Part shown: positions 36,916 through 51,600 of the stretch, piece by piece | Numbering within the stretch: the stretch's first letter is position 1 | Layout: each line of letters starts with the position of its first letter | Assembly: GCA_028534125.1 (NCBI GenBank) | Contig: CM052838.1 | Coordinates: 46,748,001 to 46,812,000 of the forward strand | Length of the DNA: 64,000 bases | Direction of reading: 5' to 3' | Source: Lama glama | Taxonomy: Eukaryota | The notes under the pieces: model-generated | Database searches by the model: none | Told to the model about the DNA's origin: nothing | Seen by the model: the letters and a program-made list of their open reading frames with translations, nothing else | Translations under genes and position numbers: made by a program

Positions 36916-39900
36916 GACTGGAAGCTATGAGGTTTACTGAATGCAGGACTAAAAGCTACAGGATTTGGGAGGCAAGGTGGCCAGCACTCATGGAGGCCCA
37001 GGGCCAGCCTGAGCCACCTCTCATATTTCCCCAGGAAGATGGATCTAAACTCCAAGCTAGCCTCTGCTAGCCTTCCTCTTTCGTCCTCCTAGCCTCTGTT
37101 CTTGGGAAAGGAAATTCATCAAGGTTTTGCTAAAGGACTTAACCTTGGAGTGATGAAGCGGCCACACCTGTGCCCAGACAGCGAGCAGCTGTTCCCCTAC
37201 TGGCTGCCTGACCCAGATTTTGCCCAAGAAGTCAATCCTGGTTCCGAGGCAGAAAGGGAGCAAGCCCTTTTCAGGGGTTACAGAGAACTTAATGGAACAG
37301 GAGATGGTGGGGAACCCCCAAGGGGCCTGGGCTGGCTGGGGAGCCCCTAAGCACACTCCCATGCCTCAGCTTGGCAGCCATGCTCTACCAGCACCTGCCA
37401 GGCCTCTGCTCAGGTAGGACTTCCCAGCTGGAGTACCTTATGCTGAGATGCCTTTTGCTTATGATGAGATGAGGGGCACGTCCACTCCTTTGAATGGGAA
37501 ACTGCATTCTGATGTCAAGGAACCCTGAGAGAAAAATCCTCGAACACTGGACGTGCAGGAGAAGCCTTCCTTCTGGGGTCTCTAAGCCCCAAGCTGGGGA
37601 AGTTGTCTGCAAGAATCCCGAAATGGCCAAGCCACTGAGAGCTGCCTCGTCTCGGTCTTTCCCTCTGTGACTGCCACATGTCCACAGTGCCAGAGAAGAC
37701 CGGAATTCAACCAGGCTGGCTGACAGGCCAGGGCTCAGCCCTCCCCAGGAGGCAAAGAACAGCAATGTCACCTGTCACAGCTGCCAACCCTGCTCAGTGG
37801 GCCTCATTAAGAACCCAGTTCACAATGGCCCAGGGCTGAGGGTGGGAGAGGGTGGGAGAAGGTAGCACTGGGTGGCAGGCCTGGCCAGCACCTCCAGCTC
37901 AGGACAAAGGGACCAGCCATCCCAGGTCAGGCATGGAGACCTGCAGCCCCAAGACAGAAAAGCTCAGGCCCAGAAGCCAGACCCTCCCTCTTTGCAGGTT
38001 GAGCATAATCGGGACTTCCCAATGGTGGCACTGGGGAGGATGGAAAGGGTAGAGACAGAAACTGAGAATGAGGCACACAGTGACACACATACACAGAGGG
38101 AGTCAGAGATGGAGACAGAGGGAGGGGATGGGAGGACCTGGGCGAGGGGCCGGGAGAGGGGCAGGAGGCCTTAGCCTCTCTAGGAGGGGGCTGGGCCTAG
38201 CCAAGGGCGGCAGGAAGTGACGGGCACTCCCAGGCCACTGCTGTCCCCAGGGTGACCAGGCCACAATGGCCTCCTTAATGAGAGTGGATAATGAGCTCAT
38301 TAGGGCCAGAGGAGGCCAGCTGCACATAATTAGGACGTTAATAAAGGCTTCTGAGGTCACAGCTCAGCCTAGGACAAAACAGCTGGTGGGGGAGGGGGGC
38401 CCCTGCTCCTTCCTCTCCTCTGAAACTCCCCCTGTCCTTTGAGGTGCTGTCCTTCATGAGGTCTCCCCACCCTCCCCAGCCCAGGATTTTTAGCCGCTCT
38501 CCCAAGACAGACGTCAGTTTGGATCGTGGCTTCACCACGTGCTCGCTGGGTGACCTGGAAGAGGCCTGACTTCCTCGAGCCTTATCACACCAGGGTAGTA
38601 TGACCGGCCCACAGGGCTGCCTGGTATCCTACGCTGCACTTGGATTAGTGTCTTGTGGACACATGGTGTCCTCAATAACCAAATCTTTACTGAGCACCTG
38701 GTATGTGCCGGGCCCTGCTCCAGGCACCAGGACCCTGCAGAGAACAACCCACAGCTGGGATGAAGGCTCTCCTCCCCCCTCCTCCCCCCGTATGGCCCCA
38801 AGGATGGGCACAAACACGACCTGAGCACTGCGCTGGGGCCAGCAGGAGGGCCGGGTTGCCTCCCACTAGCCCTGGGCACCCACCCAGAGGATATCGGGCA
38901 GGATGAGAGGATTAGGCAGAGTTTGGGAGAACACAGCAGCCTTTAGCTGACCTCCAAGTCTTGCCTTTTCTTTCCCTCCAGGTTCTTCACATGTCTAACA
39001 CCAGTTACCCCAGAGCCAGCATCTGTGGAGTGCTACTGTCCACCCAGGTCTATGCGAGGGTTTCAGTGTCTGAACGGAGAAGGGGGTGTCAGAGCTAGGA
39101 GAGGCACAGTCCCAGGCCTCAAACACCTGCCTCCATTCTCCAGGTATGCCTTGGCTCAGGCTTTGGCCCTTTTACAAGAGTGCTATGTCCTGGCGTTCCC
39201 ATGTTCTTTCCTTGGTGTGGTTTGGAGAAGAGGATGGAGAATTTATTGGCACCCAATGGTGGATGGTGGAGGCAGTGGTGGAGAGAGGCTGAGGAGGAAG
39301 GGGGCTGAAGGGGGCCTGGCTCAGCACATGTTACCAGCCCTACCCACCTGGTCACACCACACCTGGCACAAGGCTGAGCCCTAAGAGACTTCTTCTGCCC
39401 TGATCCCTGTTCCATGATCTTGGAGCAGATCTGAGGCTTCTATCTGAGATGGACAGAGACGTGGGAAGTGCAGGCTGCCCAAGCATCTGTCCCTTTAAGA
39501 ACAACGAAAGGCGGCCACCCTGGGCCAGGCCTCCCCTGGTCAGAAGGCTCTGTCACTGCAGCCTCTTGCCAAGACACACTCCAGCTCTCAGCACGTGGCC
39601 TCCACAGTCCAAAGCAAACAGGAGAGGATGAGAGGCTCCCCCGGTCCCTCCCAATGTACCCCCCAGCCTCTGCCTTCCTGCCTGACCCATTCTTCTGGTC
39701 CCACCTCTGGCACTCAGCCCCCTTCTCTGCTGCCCATGGCCTCCTCTTCCCCCACATGGGGCTCTCAGGCCACCAGGGCCCCAGAACCTTCCCTGGGCGC
39801 CTGAGGCCTGAATTCCAAGACCATTAGCACAGGCTGCTACGTCACAGTTTGGAAAGCTCTGTGGAGTCCATGGCAAGAAGACAGCAAGAACTGGGCGGCT

Positions 39901-40029
39901 GCCACCTCTCCCCCAAGCCTGCTCCAGCCTGCCCACCGCACGAGATGAGCCGAAAGCCCAGCCCTGGGTCTGGGCAGGCGGACGCCATGGGTGAGGCACC
40001 CAGGGGAAGGCAGAGGCAGCACATGATAC

Positions 40030-40270
40030 AACAGCAGGTAGAGGAGAATCATGGCTTTAAGCAAGGGCTCCAGAGCCAGGTTGCCTGGGTTTAAAGCCCA
40101 GCTCTGCTACTTACAAGCTGCATGATTTTGAGCAGTCACCTCAATTCCCTCATCTGTAAAATGGAGCTACAGTATACCTACATCTCACAGTGCTGGTGGA
40201 TGAGTTAATCTATGAAAAGCCTTCAGAACAGTACCCGGTTCCTAGCAACGCACACCAAAGAGCTATCACT
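40030..40270 (+). mobile_element. MIR
   Basis: agagccaggttgcctgggtttaaagcccagctctgctacttacaagctg...ctcatctgtaaaatgg. Confidence 0.8.
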
Positions 40271-42197
40271 AAAGTTTAAGTGCAAACCATGGTGAATTTT
40301 AAAGAAGGATCTAAGACCTCAGTGCCCCACAGTGACTCATGTCACAGCCAGGAAGGAGACAAGTGGTCTTTGGTGCTGGAGTCTCACGGAGAGAGCCTCT
40401 TGGTGTCACTGTCACTTGGCCTCGACCTTAGAAGGTCTCTACTGAAGTCTAGTTCTGTGTCTGGCAAACGGGTATTTTCTAACTTGACTGTAAAGGGTGC
40501 AAATGGTGGGTGGGATGTGGCTCTGCAGGGCCAGTGAGGCATTCAAAGATGGAGGGAGGGGCGGCAGAGAGAAAAACAGAGAACAGAGGTGTGAACCTCT
40601 CAGAATCACGTCAGGAAGGTTAAAGTCTCACAAGTGGATCCCTGAAAGAACACTCAGCGTTACAAAAGTCCATTTCCCCTCACGTTCCAGGCAAGAGGGA
40701 GAGTAAGAAGGAAGGGAGATGAAAGAGACTGAGCCAGGGCGCGGACTGTGGACTCTCGGGGGAAGGCGGCCTGTCTGAGGCTCAGCGGTTCCTCTCAGGA
40801 GTCAGGGGCTCACGCTGGAAGGCTGACCTGGAGGGGTGGGCAGGTGGCCCCAAGGGGATGAGGATGGAGGCGGCGTGGATTGGCTGCCCTCCGTGAGCTC
40901 TCATCAGCTGGCTGTGAGAAAAGGCCAGAGCACTTGACAGACAGGCTACCGTGAGCAACCCTGGAAGATGTGGAGGTGGGAGGGGGGCCAGAGGAGGCAG
41001 AACAGGCCGTGGTCCCAACTTTCAAAGAAGGGGGATCCCAGAATCGAGGTAAGCAACCTCCATGTGGGTCCTGATCAAGGGAAACGTGGGTTCCCAGAGG
41101 GGTGGTTGGAGAGCCTGGAAAGTGGTTCTGAGCACAACCAAGGCAGCGCTGAGCAGAGACACAACAGGAAGGAAGTGGGCCAGGCCACACAGGATTCTGA
41201 TAAGACGTGACCCGCTGGCCCGGTGGGTCTGGGACATGTCACAACTGAGCCGTCTGGACGTTGGGGCTCTCGTGATCCCTCTGGGGGCTGTAGGGCCGCA
41301 CCAAAGGATTCGCAGCTGATGGCTGGCCACAGAGGTCACATTCAAAGGTGTGACAACTCGCTGGTTACAACCACTGGGAACACGTGCGGTGGGTGTTTTA
41401 ATCAGTCCTAGGATGAGGACAGGGGATGTGTTGGCCACACTATATCTCTGTGGGCAAAAGCTGTGCCAGGATCAGGAGCAAAAAAAAAAAAAAAAGAGAT
41501 CCGAACAGATGGAACGACAGGTCAAATGTGACAAGATGAAAAGTGATAAATGAAGAGACAAAAGGACGTGGCTTAGGACAGCAATCTTATAATTCACTGT
41601 CTATACTCTTTGGAGTATGTGGGGATGCTATTCACAATTATGCCAAAATACTAAGTTCCAACAGGAGTGTCTTGGGCATTCGAGTCGTATGGGTCACCTT
41701 ACCTGGCAGCGAGGATAGGAAAGGTCCTGGAGTCTGGGGGATTGTAAGCACCTAGACTGGGCAACTCAGCCCAGATGTCTGGCTAAAAAGAAGCAGTGCC
41801 AGGATTGGTGCCCAAGTCTGACTCCTCAGTGAGTACAGCATCCACTCAGCTCTCCTTAAAGACGACTCTAGCTGTTCCTACCTTTGCAGAAAGAGGCCAT
41901 CCACCTGCACTTTCTATTTGGTTCCCTGAATTTCCATCTGACCGATGAACCGGGAAATCAGTGCCTTCACTTGCTTCTCCTCCATTCCATCAGTGTCCAC
42001 AAAGCAGACCCTATTCTCAGGAGAATCATAGGCGTGGCTCTCCCCCTTCATCCCCCGAGGGGGCTAACAGGTGGTTTCTTCCCCCATCTCCAGGTAGCCT
42101 CCATGAGCCCACACAGCAGGGCAAGGGAGGGACACCCCAGCTGATGGTTTCCTGGCACAAGGTCTTACGAGAGGGCTTTGCTGGGAGAGAGTGACTT

Positions 42198-42690
42198 TGG
42201 ATCAGCATTTCTAAAGCCTCAGATATTTCCACACCATGGATAATTTTTGCTGTATCCTTGAACTATGTATACTGTGGTTCACATAGTAAATATATATTTA
42301 AAGCAATCCATCTTTTTTAACTTCAAGAAAATAATTTGTTTAGGAAACTTCAGATTGCCATCATGGTAAACACTTAGGATCACCAGCCCCAACCATAAAA
42401 TTACAGAGAACAAAGCAATGGAGTCAATTTGAGCTGTGGTGTGGCTGAAGAGAGCTGCGCCTGCAGCCCACTTCCTCTTTGTTACAGAGGGAGGTTTATT
42501 AGAGAAGGGTCAGAGACAGCTGACCATCGAGCTGAGATAAATCAGACGGCTTGGAAGAGAACTGAAATGGGAGAAACTTTTTTCACTATATGTTGCAGAA
42601 ATATTTCATACTGCCTCTCTATACCATCTACAAAAGCATCCCATTACCATGGTGTTATGTGGGTGACAGTTTTAGGAAGCCAACTTTAGA
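42198..42690. mobile_element. Ancient hAT-type DNA transposon remnant (family not assigned)
   Basis: AT-rich block starting cagcatttctaaagcctcagatattt and ending cagttttaggaagcca (degenerate inverted termini). Confidence 0.4.
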
Positions 42691-45600
42691 ATGATACTTG
42701 CTCATTCAAAAAGGCTGATGAAAGAGGATGAAGTGCCCTCATTAGTGAGATGAGAATATTAAATGGCATGTACTTAAAAGGGTTGTGCAGAGAAATCAAA
42801 ATGAAAAGAGTGGGAGCCACCCAGCAATGTATCTGGTGCCTAATATGTATATACCCAGTCTAGAGAAAAGAGCTGAGGGAACCTTCTGTAGCTGTTGCCA
42901 CTCATTTGAAATATAAGGGGTTATCTTCATCCTCTTAACTAGTTTACCCCAGTGCCTAATAAGTACACATATACGAGTTTGTGTATCTTTTCCCTTTTCT
43001 AAAAATGGAGGCTTCTTGGCTCCAAAATTGAGCTGATTTCAACTACAAGCCTTAGAATGACAACCATCCCCTCCCTTCCAGCTGAGTTCAGCCCCTCTTC
43101 AATTGAACCAAAAATAAAACGGGGGCAATTTCAACTTTAAAGACCATGCCCATAAACAAGAGAAACCCAGTCGGCAATTTGTCTAGGGCATTCCTCCCTC
43201 CAAACCCTCCTTCTTTAATTTCTGGGGAATTTTAAATAGAGGTCTTGCAAAAACCTGCACCGCCTGACGTCAACAGCTCTCTGACAACGTGGATTCTTCC
43301 ACGTGGTGTGGGGAGTAGCCACCACGAAGGCTCATGCTTTTCCAGGCTTCTTTCCCAGTTGGAATTTGGGAACCTTTGATGTCACCCTAGGAGACTGTGG
43401 GAGAAGGATGGTACCTAGGACTGTCCTGCTTGGGGTCCTGTAGCTGTGTTCCCCTAACATCAGGCATCATAGAGCAGCAAATGCAAAAAACTATCTGACC
43501 AGCACCTGTACTAGTGTTTTCTTTAATAAAACCTTACACGTGTGCTTCAAAAATACGTTTTCCTATGTTACGCTGAATGGAAAATCAGCATCCCTTGGCA
43601 TAATAGAAGATAACTGGAAAAACACATACAATGAAATAAAGTGCTACGGATTTCAGGCTAGATTTTCTCTTGGTCAAACAACATCAGCAGGTTTCAACAA
43701 CACAGGAGTCCCAAATGGAAACTTGCCCCAGTGTGAAGTGAAATGACTGAAAGGAAGTAACCTTCTCATGATGAGATTCAATGCCGTTTAATGCTGGGTC
43801 CACCACTCATTTATATGCCCTAATCTCTGGGAAACACTGATCCTGCAGAAGGAGCCCTGGGTTAAGGACATGCAGCCCCCTGATTTAAATCCAAGCATGG
43901 CCACTAGCAAGTTCTGGGGTCTTGTGCAAGCCATATACCCTTCTGAAACATGAAAACAAAGCCCCCTGCCCCACTTACCCCTGGAGAGCTACACTGAGGA
44001 AGAGATGGGGGAAAATGCTTTGGGGAGTCTCTGGGTTGTAGGTGGATGGGGACGGGGGGATCCTTATTCCAAGCAAGTAGAGGAAACTGATGGACTCCTA
44101 ACTTGCCTCCAGATACAGTTTCCCCTCAAACTGGATAGTAGCCCATCTCTGTCTATTAGAGAAAATCAAACAAAATGAAATTCCACTTGACAATCTTCTT
44201 ACATGGGTTTCAAAATATTATTCTCATTTTATAGATATGGAAATTGAGGAGCAAGATGGTCATATACTGGCTACTCAGTGAAAGAGTGGGATCTGAACAC
44301 AAGCCTTTCATGTGGCCCAAACGGAAACGCTATCTTGCTCTTTTGTGCACACCCAGCAGGGCTCAGACGCCCCCAAATGTGTTTGTCTTTCTGATCCATC
44401 ACTGTGCCCTAGCCTCATGTTTCAAAGCCACCACCTTTGCAAAGTTCCTGTGACTCCCTGTGAGCTGCCCTTCTGCTCTTGTGCCCTGATGTTCCCCCAG
44501 CACTGTGACCTTAGGTTTGGGTTGGCTGTCAACCCAGCTAGACCTAGAGCTCTTTGAGGACAAAGGCCAAGTCCTGCTCATCTTGGCATGCTGTCGAGCC
44601 CCCGCCTGGCTCAGTGTTTTGGACAAAGAAGGGGCTCAGGGAGCAGCTGTTGAACACAAAATGCAAGGATGGAAGGGCGCAAGGATGGAAGGGCATAAGG
44701 CTTCCTCCACCTTCCCTGGCTTTTCCACCCACACCACAGTCTCTCCAGCTTCCCTGGGTCTCAGTATCTCTGAGGTCAGCACTGGGCATCTGCTTTACAG
44801 CCCCCACCGGCCTGGCCCCAAGGCCGTCTGCCCAGCTAGAATCCAGTGCAGCTCTTCAGCCCCTGGGCAGTGTTCCCTCGTCTAGTCCCTGAACTGGGGG
44901 AGGTGCCTCTGACTCAGAGCACCCCCAGCTCACCTGGAGGGCTTTGCTCACAGGAATCTGAGGCTGGGAGACTCTTCTTGCTTGTTGCATAACTTGCCCA
45001 AGATCACCCAGTAAGTTAATACCCTCACCAGCAAGCTCTCACAGTCTGTACACCTGATTGGGCCTTTTTCACGCGGGCCTCTCCCCTCACAGGAATGGAA
45101 AAGCAAAGCTCAGGGAGGTCCCACAGGCACGAGGGACTAGCCCACGCCCTGGGTGAGGCTCCCTGAAGAATGCACAAAGACGTATTAGCAGCCCCTCCCC
45201 AAGCCCATTCAAAGCAGCCTTACAGGCCAGGGCCAGCGAGTCTTATACAGGGAACACAAACAAAGCCCTCCTCCATGCGCTGGAAGAGGAGCAGCCCCTG
45301 AGCTCTGCTGCCCCAGAGGGTGGGCAGGGATAAAAGCACACAAAAAACAGCTTCCCCCTCCGTGGTGCCTCTGCCCTAGGGAACCGCAGAGGATTAACCA
45401 AGAGGCAGCAGAGGGGTTTGGGGAAGAAGTGAGCAAATTACCTGAACCACTGGGCCTCAGATTTTTCATCTGTAAAATGGGAAGTCTGTGCTTTACAGGG
45501 CAGTGGTGGTGATTACAGGACAGAAGGTGTTGGCTCACTGTGCGATATACAGGAGGTGCTTCAACAATCCTTTTCTTGTCTTTCCCATAGTTTCTGGTAT

Positions 45601-48600
45601 CAATCATCTCCAGAGAGCAGAAAATGGGTTTAAGGTGAGGCTGGGATACCCTGGGCCTAGGATGACCAGCCTGGAGCCCCCGCTGGGTTAGTGTGGTTTC
45701 GGAGGGTTCTCTCTTTGAGCTTCTTCTGCCTCATTTCCTTCTCTTCCTGTCTATCCCGCCTCTGGAAACCATCTCCTCTTCTTAGTTCCTAAGATGTGGT
45801 CTAGCACAGATCCTACCCCAACCCAAGGAGAAAAGGCCACACCCAGAGGCTGCCAGGGGCCAAGTGTCTCATTTTAGCCTCATCACAGTTACAGTGATTA
45901 GTCAGGCAGTGGTGACTGACACCCATGGGCACCAATCAGGGAGCTCTCCCCACCTCTGCCCTAATCCATCTCTGGTGCCCCCACCCCCACCCCCAACACC
46001 CAACTTGGAGGGGTCTGTAGAGTCACCACCCTGCCTCACAGAACGCTAGCAATTGCAGTGCCTCAGCTGCGTCGAGCAGGTCAATGCCTGCTTCCCCAGG
46101 AGACTGTCAGCTCCGTGACATGGGGATTAAATCTTCTCTGCTCATTTCTGGGCCTTGGTGCCTGGCACACAGCAGGAGATAAAGGTTGGGGAATGAATGA
46201 ATGCCTGAACTCTAGCCCCCAATTTCATGCTCGCTTAATTGCTTGGTTTGGTTTTCTCCACTCTGAAAGAGAGCCAGCCTTTCAACCCCCTACCACAGTC
46301 AGTAGGAAGATCCTTGTTCCTGATGGCAGAGAGATAGGGAAGGAAGCCAGGAAGTCACTGACCTCACGTGCCCTCCAGACCACCATCTCCTGGCCTCCAT
46401 GGGGTCATCCCACCATCACAGGACCCTTGGAGGAGACACACTGTTCTAGAAGTGGTTCTAGGGTGGGCAGGCCTGGATGGAATAAGGAAACAGATATCTG
46501 GGGGTCAAGGTGGGCCATGAAGATCTTCCTCCCTTTAAACATGCCTTGGCAGTGACAAGCCCAGCACATCCTAGCTGCGTCCTAGCCCTCAGCCATGCAA
46601 GACTCTAACTTCACTCCCCAGGAAGTGAGAAATATCATCATCAGCTCCTGCTCCCCAACCCTGGTCTGTCCCTTTGCCTACAATGTCCCCATCCCCTCTC
46701 TGTCCTGGTCTCTGGATCAGAGTTCATACCCAGCCTGGCTCTAACTTCACCTAGGCCCTGGAAGCAGTGGGAAAGCCCCATGGGGGCTGAGAGGTGGGGG
46801 TGCTAAGGACAGGCTAGAACCTTCCTCCCAGCTGCCACATCAGCGTCAACAAGATGCTCTGGCCCCACCAAAAGTCCAAAAGCTTTTTAAGTTCAAGGAG
46901 GTGCGTTTGTGTCAGCTGTGCAGCGAGGTCTGGGACACAGGGCTGGCTTGAAAGCAGAAGAACCAGGTGAAGCCCTCATCAGGGAGACTTCGCGTTAGGA
47001 CTCTGGGTGCTCCCTCTCCCCGTGCAAAGCCCTGAGGAAGAGGTCAACTTCCTCTCTCTCCTCCAAGGAACAGTCGGCTACAGCCTGGCTCTGTTGGCAA
47101 GGAGGTTTAGATGGTCGCCAACCCTGGCTCTTCTCCCACTAACAGTGCCAGGGGGAATGCCTCTCAAAGTATCAATACTTCAGGGAGCAGCATTATTTAT
47201 GCCCAAGTGTGAGACACTTGACGTGATGCTTGCCTAGATAGTGCTGGTGGAGGCAAACAAAGGAGGAGAAGCAGGTCCCCAGGGCCGGTTTGAGGCCAAG
47301 AGGGCTGAAAGCCCCATTATTTCATTATCTTTACAGGCTGGTCAGGGTCTGCTCCAATGTGCTAAGCCATTTTCATTGTATCCCCAACCCCACTGTGCTC
47401 AGTACATGACAAACATGTAGAAAATGCTGGCTGAGATACACAGACAGGTCAGGACACTTGGTTGGTGGGCAAGACAGAGGCAAGGATGCCCCAGGTAGAC
47501 AAGAAAGATTCGGGGGAAATGGTCTTCTCCAGTTCACCTCATGGAGAAAACGAGGCAACAAATGGGCTGGACAAACCCCTGCCCCTAAACCAGTGGAAGG
47601 GGGTGGAACCCTTCCATGCTGGGCCTTTGAGACCCTGGGCTGGCTTGCATTTTGGCCTCTCTTTAAGTCCCAGAGTGACTGCTTTCACAGATCTTGTTTA
47701 ACTTGAGAAGGATGAGGGAGGAGGGGTGAGGAAAACTGCATTCTTCCCCCATCAAAGCCAAGAGTCCAAAGTAATACTTCTGGTTGTAACTGATCCTGGC
47801 CTGTTTGTGATTACCGTCCCTTGCTCGCTCTCTGGTAGAATGGCCCTGGAACCCCATAGCACGGCTGCCGGGGAGAGAAACCCTTGCTCACTTGGATAAT
47901 CTTGTCCTCGTCTGACATGACCAAAAATGTCTGCCAGCCTCTCTGCTTTCAGCAGTTCTCCAGGGCAACTCTTCAAAACATTACTTTATTTTAAAAGGGG
48001 GGAAAAAGCCACCCCCAACCCCTACCACGAAATTCCACAATGCTAATCATATTCCTTCTGTTACCAGCACCATCATGGAAAACACAGCAGCATCAGCTGT
48101 CCCATTGGCTGATGCAAATTGAAGGAGAGAGGGAGGCTCAGGATTGGACAGTCTTCCTCTTTTGCCTACCTCCTCCCTAGGGGAGAACACAAACATGAAC
48201 ACACGAACACACACACGAACAAAACACACCCCATTCGCTGCATAGCATAGAAGTGGCTTAGCAAAGCTCAAGACTATTTCTCAGCTGTTCTTGCTCCGGA
48301 AATTTAATCTGCGGAACATTTGGCCTCACAAAGCCCATTCCAAAGGTGTCCAGGAGCCCACGGGCCCTGTGATCATCATTACAAACCCAGGGACATTTGC
48401 AGCCAGTGACCCATTTGGCTGCTCGAAGTGCCGGCTGAAAGCTGCCAGCATGGTCAGATTCCCCTTGCCTCCTCCCTCTAAGCTGAAAACTGGCTTTTTC
48501 TCGGAGCCCCAGGGGTTAGAGGGGCTCTTAGGAGTTCTGGAACTATGGAGATGAAAGGCCTGCTTCTTGCCTGGCTTAGTGAAGGCATGATGGTCAGGGG

Positions 48601-51600
48601 AATGGGGGAGCTTAGTATCTGGAGAGCAGCTGTGGCCGCTGTCTTTGCTCCTAATCACACCTCCATTCTACAGGTGAGGAAAGCTGATGCTCAGGAGGTA
48701 GAGCCAGTGGATGGGACTTGCCTGAGATTACCTGGTTAGTGGGTGACTGAGCCTGGAACCTAGACTGACTGAGATCCTCTTATGCAAAGCTTGGCATTCC
48801 TCCCACCAGGGCACATGGCCGCTCTGCCCATTGAGGGGACAGTCTGAGCACTGCGCCAAGTGGCAACCCCTTGACCCAATGCCTCGAGCAAGAAGTAGGT
48901 GGCTGGAATTGGCAGAAAGCCCCCCTGGGGCACAGGGAGGTCACTTGGCCAAGATGGGGAGGAGCCTGTAGTCAACACCACAGGCACTGGTGCAGGGCCC
49001 AAACCCCAGGCCTTGCTGCCGGTGCATCCTGATCACAGCAGTTCAAAATCCCGCTGAAAGACGCTGAGCACGCTGAGCAGGGAGAAGTCGGAGACCTTGT
49101 GAGGGCGCCGGTCAGAAGTACAGAAAACAAACGAGAAAAGACAGAGTGTCCAGAAACACAGGGCCTGGAGGCCTAGCCAACCTCAACAGCGATCCCACTA
49201 CCTTTCCGGCGGGGAGGGAGGAACGTAAGAGGCTGCGGAGGCAGGAGGCAGTGCCTCAGTCTGGCAGGGAGCCCCGCAGCCAGTGGGGAGGACAGCCCCA
49301 CCTCAGAAGCGTTGCTTTAAGGGGAGTCGCATTCTCAAGTAGGGGTGTCTGAAAATGGTCTTGCTGTGGGGAGGGTACCTCCCTGAGCCTGTCTGAACGC
49401 ATGGGGTTGGGGAGTATATGCAGGAAGTGCCACTCTGCTCTGCTGTGTCAAGGCTCCAGCTGCTGCACCAGGCTGGGGGGTGCAGGGCATGGAGTAGGTG
49501 AGCTGGCTCACCTCCCGCCCTCGCCTGGGGGACAGGCTGGGCAGCCAGGGGCAAGATGGGGTGCACCCAGCCCTGGGCGGGCAGTGTGGCCTCAGAGGTG
49601 CCGGGAGATGCCAGCACACCTCAGAGAGAGTCACCGCTGCACTAACGGTCCCCAGCCATGCAGCAGCCCTGCCACAAACTCACTGTGGGACACTAGGCAA
49701 GTGGCTTCAAGCCTCTGTTCCTCCTGCCTTCAAAGGAACGGTTCATGCAGGTGGTCAGAAATGTCTCCCCTAGCTTGTCTCCTTCACCTGATGTTTGAGG
49801 CCCTCCAGGCACCCCTCCGGCCTGTTTATTGCCAGGGGAATGTCTCCCCTGGGGCAGCAACGGCACTTTGCCAGATCCCCCTTACCCGTGCCACCGCCCA
49901 CACCTCTGCACCTGTCCTTCACTCAGCTTGGAGCACCCTGCTCCTTCAGCTTCTTGTTCAAGGCCCCCTTCTCCAGAACACTTCCCTGACCACCCAACCC
50001 AGGCATTGCCCCATCTCTGAACCTGACACTATTCATGAAAGCCCACAGCACCTGGAGCAGACTGTGACTTCAGTTCCCGCCCTGCCGTCCCCACAGGAAT
50101 ACTGCCTGGCCTCAGTAGCACAGTGCTTTCTGCTGTGCACGTGGTAGGTGCACTGTGAACATGATGGATTCACTGCATTGTGGCCTTTACTCTGCAGGTA
50201 AGAGCCCTAGAAAGTCGTCACCTCCAGCAATGGGAAGATAGAGATGGTTACTTCTTGTCAACTGCACCCCAGTCCTGGGCACACAGTAGGCACTCAGTGT
50301 TTGTTGACTGAATGAGCAAACTGTATCCTATGGAAGCAGTCCCTGTGTGTAGGATGTCGGGCAGGGCTGAGACTGCTGAAAGACAGGTGTGAGGGGGGAA
50401 GGAGGGGGGATGGAGCTCTTCACTGGGTCATGTGGTGTTATGGGAGGGGCAGGACAGGTCTATTTACCTGGACAAAAGGGAGGGCACAGTGGGCTGGGGG
50501 CCTGAGCGGCATATCCCAGGCTCTGCTCTCACACACTCAGTCCTGGTGAGCAGATCTCTGGGGAGATCACAAGTGCCCTTGACCCACCCACCCATCCAGT
50601 CCAGCCTCGCCCCACGGACCTGGCTGAGCCAAAGGCTGGAACACTCACACAACACTTCGGCAGGAAACTGAGTTAGCAAACTCCCCTTTCCTTTCATATT
50701 CCCTCTTCCCTACCCTTCGGCCTTTCTCCTACCCGAGCTGGGGCGCTTCAGCGAGACTGACCTCTGCTCTCCTGCTCCCTGTGGCCTGGAGAACTCACAC
50801 AGCAGAGCACTCCAGGGTTTGGCTTTTCAAAGAAGTAAAATCTACAAGGAAGAGAAATGCAAACATCCAGATTTCCAAACACAGGGTAAACAGCACTGAA
50901 TAAATAGTGTAGAAGCCCACGCCCCAGCTCCCAGCTGCGCAACCTCTGGGCAAGTCACTTAACTACTCTGGGCTTCAATTTCCGCCGCAGAAGGTGAGAA
51001 TGCCAACATCTGCTGTTCCTCTTACAAGATGTTGTATAAACTATATGGTTTTATAGGTTTTATATCTTGTAAAACATAAAATATTCTGATTCAGAAAGCG
51101 GTCACCTTGAAAAATGTCCCAAATCCCCTACTCACTGGCATAAGCAGGCACTCACTCCCTAAGCAGACTTGACCTATCTGGTAACAACCCCTAGCACAAG
51201 TCTAAGAGGACACGCAGGCTTCAGACCACTGTGCTTAGAACATCCCTTAAAACACAAGGTTCCCGGACATGGTAGTTCAAGGACAGCCCGTGGCAAGGCC
51301 AATGGGCCAGATATAGCAGGGCAGAGGGATCTGCTACCCAGCACACCAGCCTCGGTCAGAAACCCATTCACAGTTCGCTTAGTTTACGGCCAGTCCCTGG
51401 CAGACTCCTTCTCTGAGTTTGGCTTTCTCTCACCTCCCATGGTGCCTGGGCCACTCCCCCACAATCCAGTTCAATAAAAGCTTAGCAGATGCATTTTAGC
51501 ACGAGGCTGAGAGGTGCCTAAGAGGGGATGTAGAACTGGGGCTGAGACAATTAACTGAAGCAACACCCACCCCAACAACTCCATACAGCAACAACTCCGT

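Noticed and set aside
41698-41709. CTTACCTGGCAG matching the 5' end of U1 snRNA
   Set aside because: Only 12 nt match, no TSD or further U1 sequence; equally a chance donor-like site (CAG|GTAAG) on minus with no partner exon found.
49401-50147. 248-aa plus ORF (and similar 150-240 aa intronic ORFs, e.g. 63257..63967)
   Set aside because: No domain, P/S/L/G/C-rich composition typical of random GC-rich intron, partly overlapping degenerate repeats.
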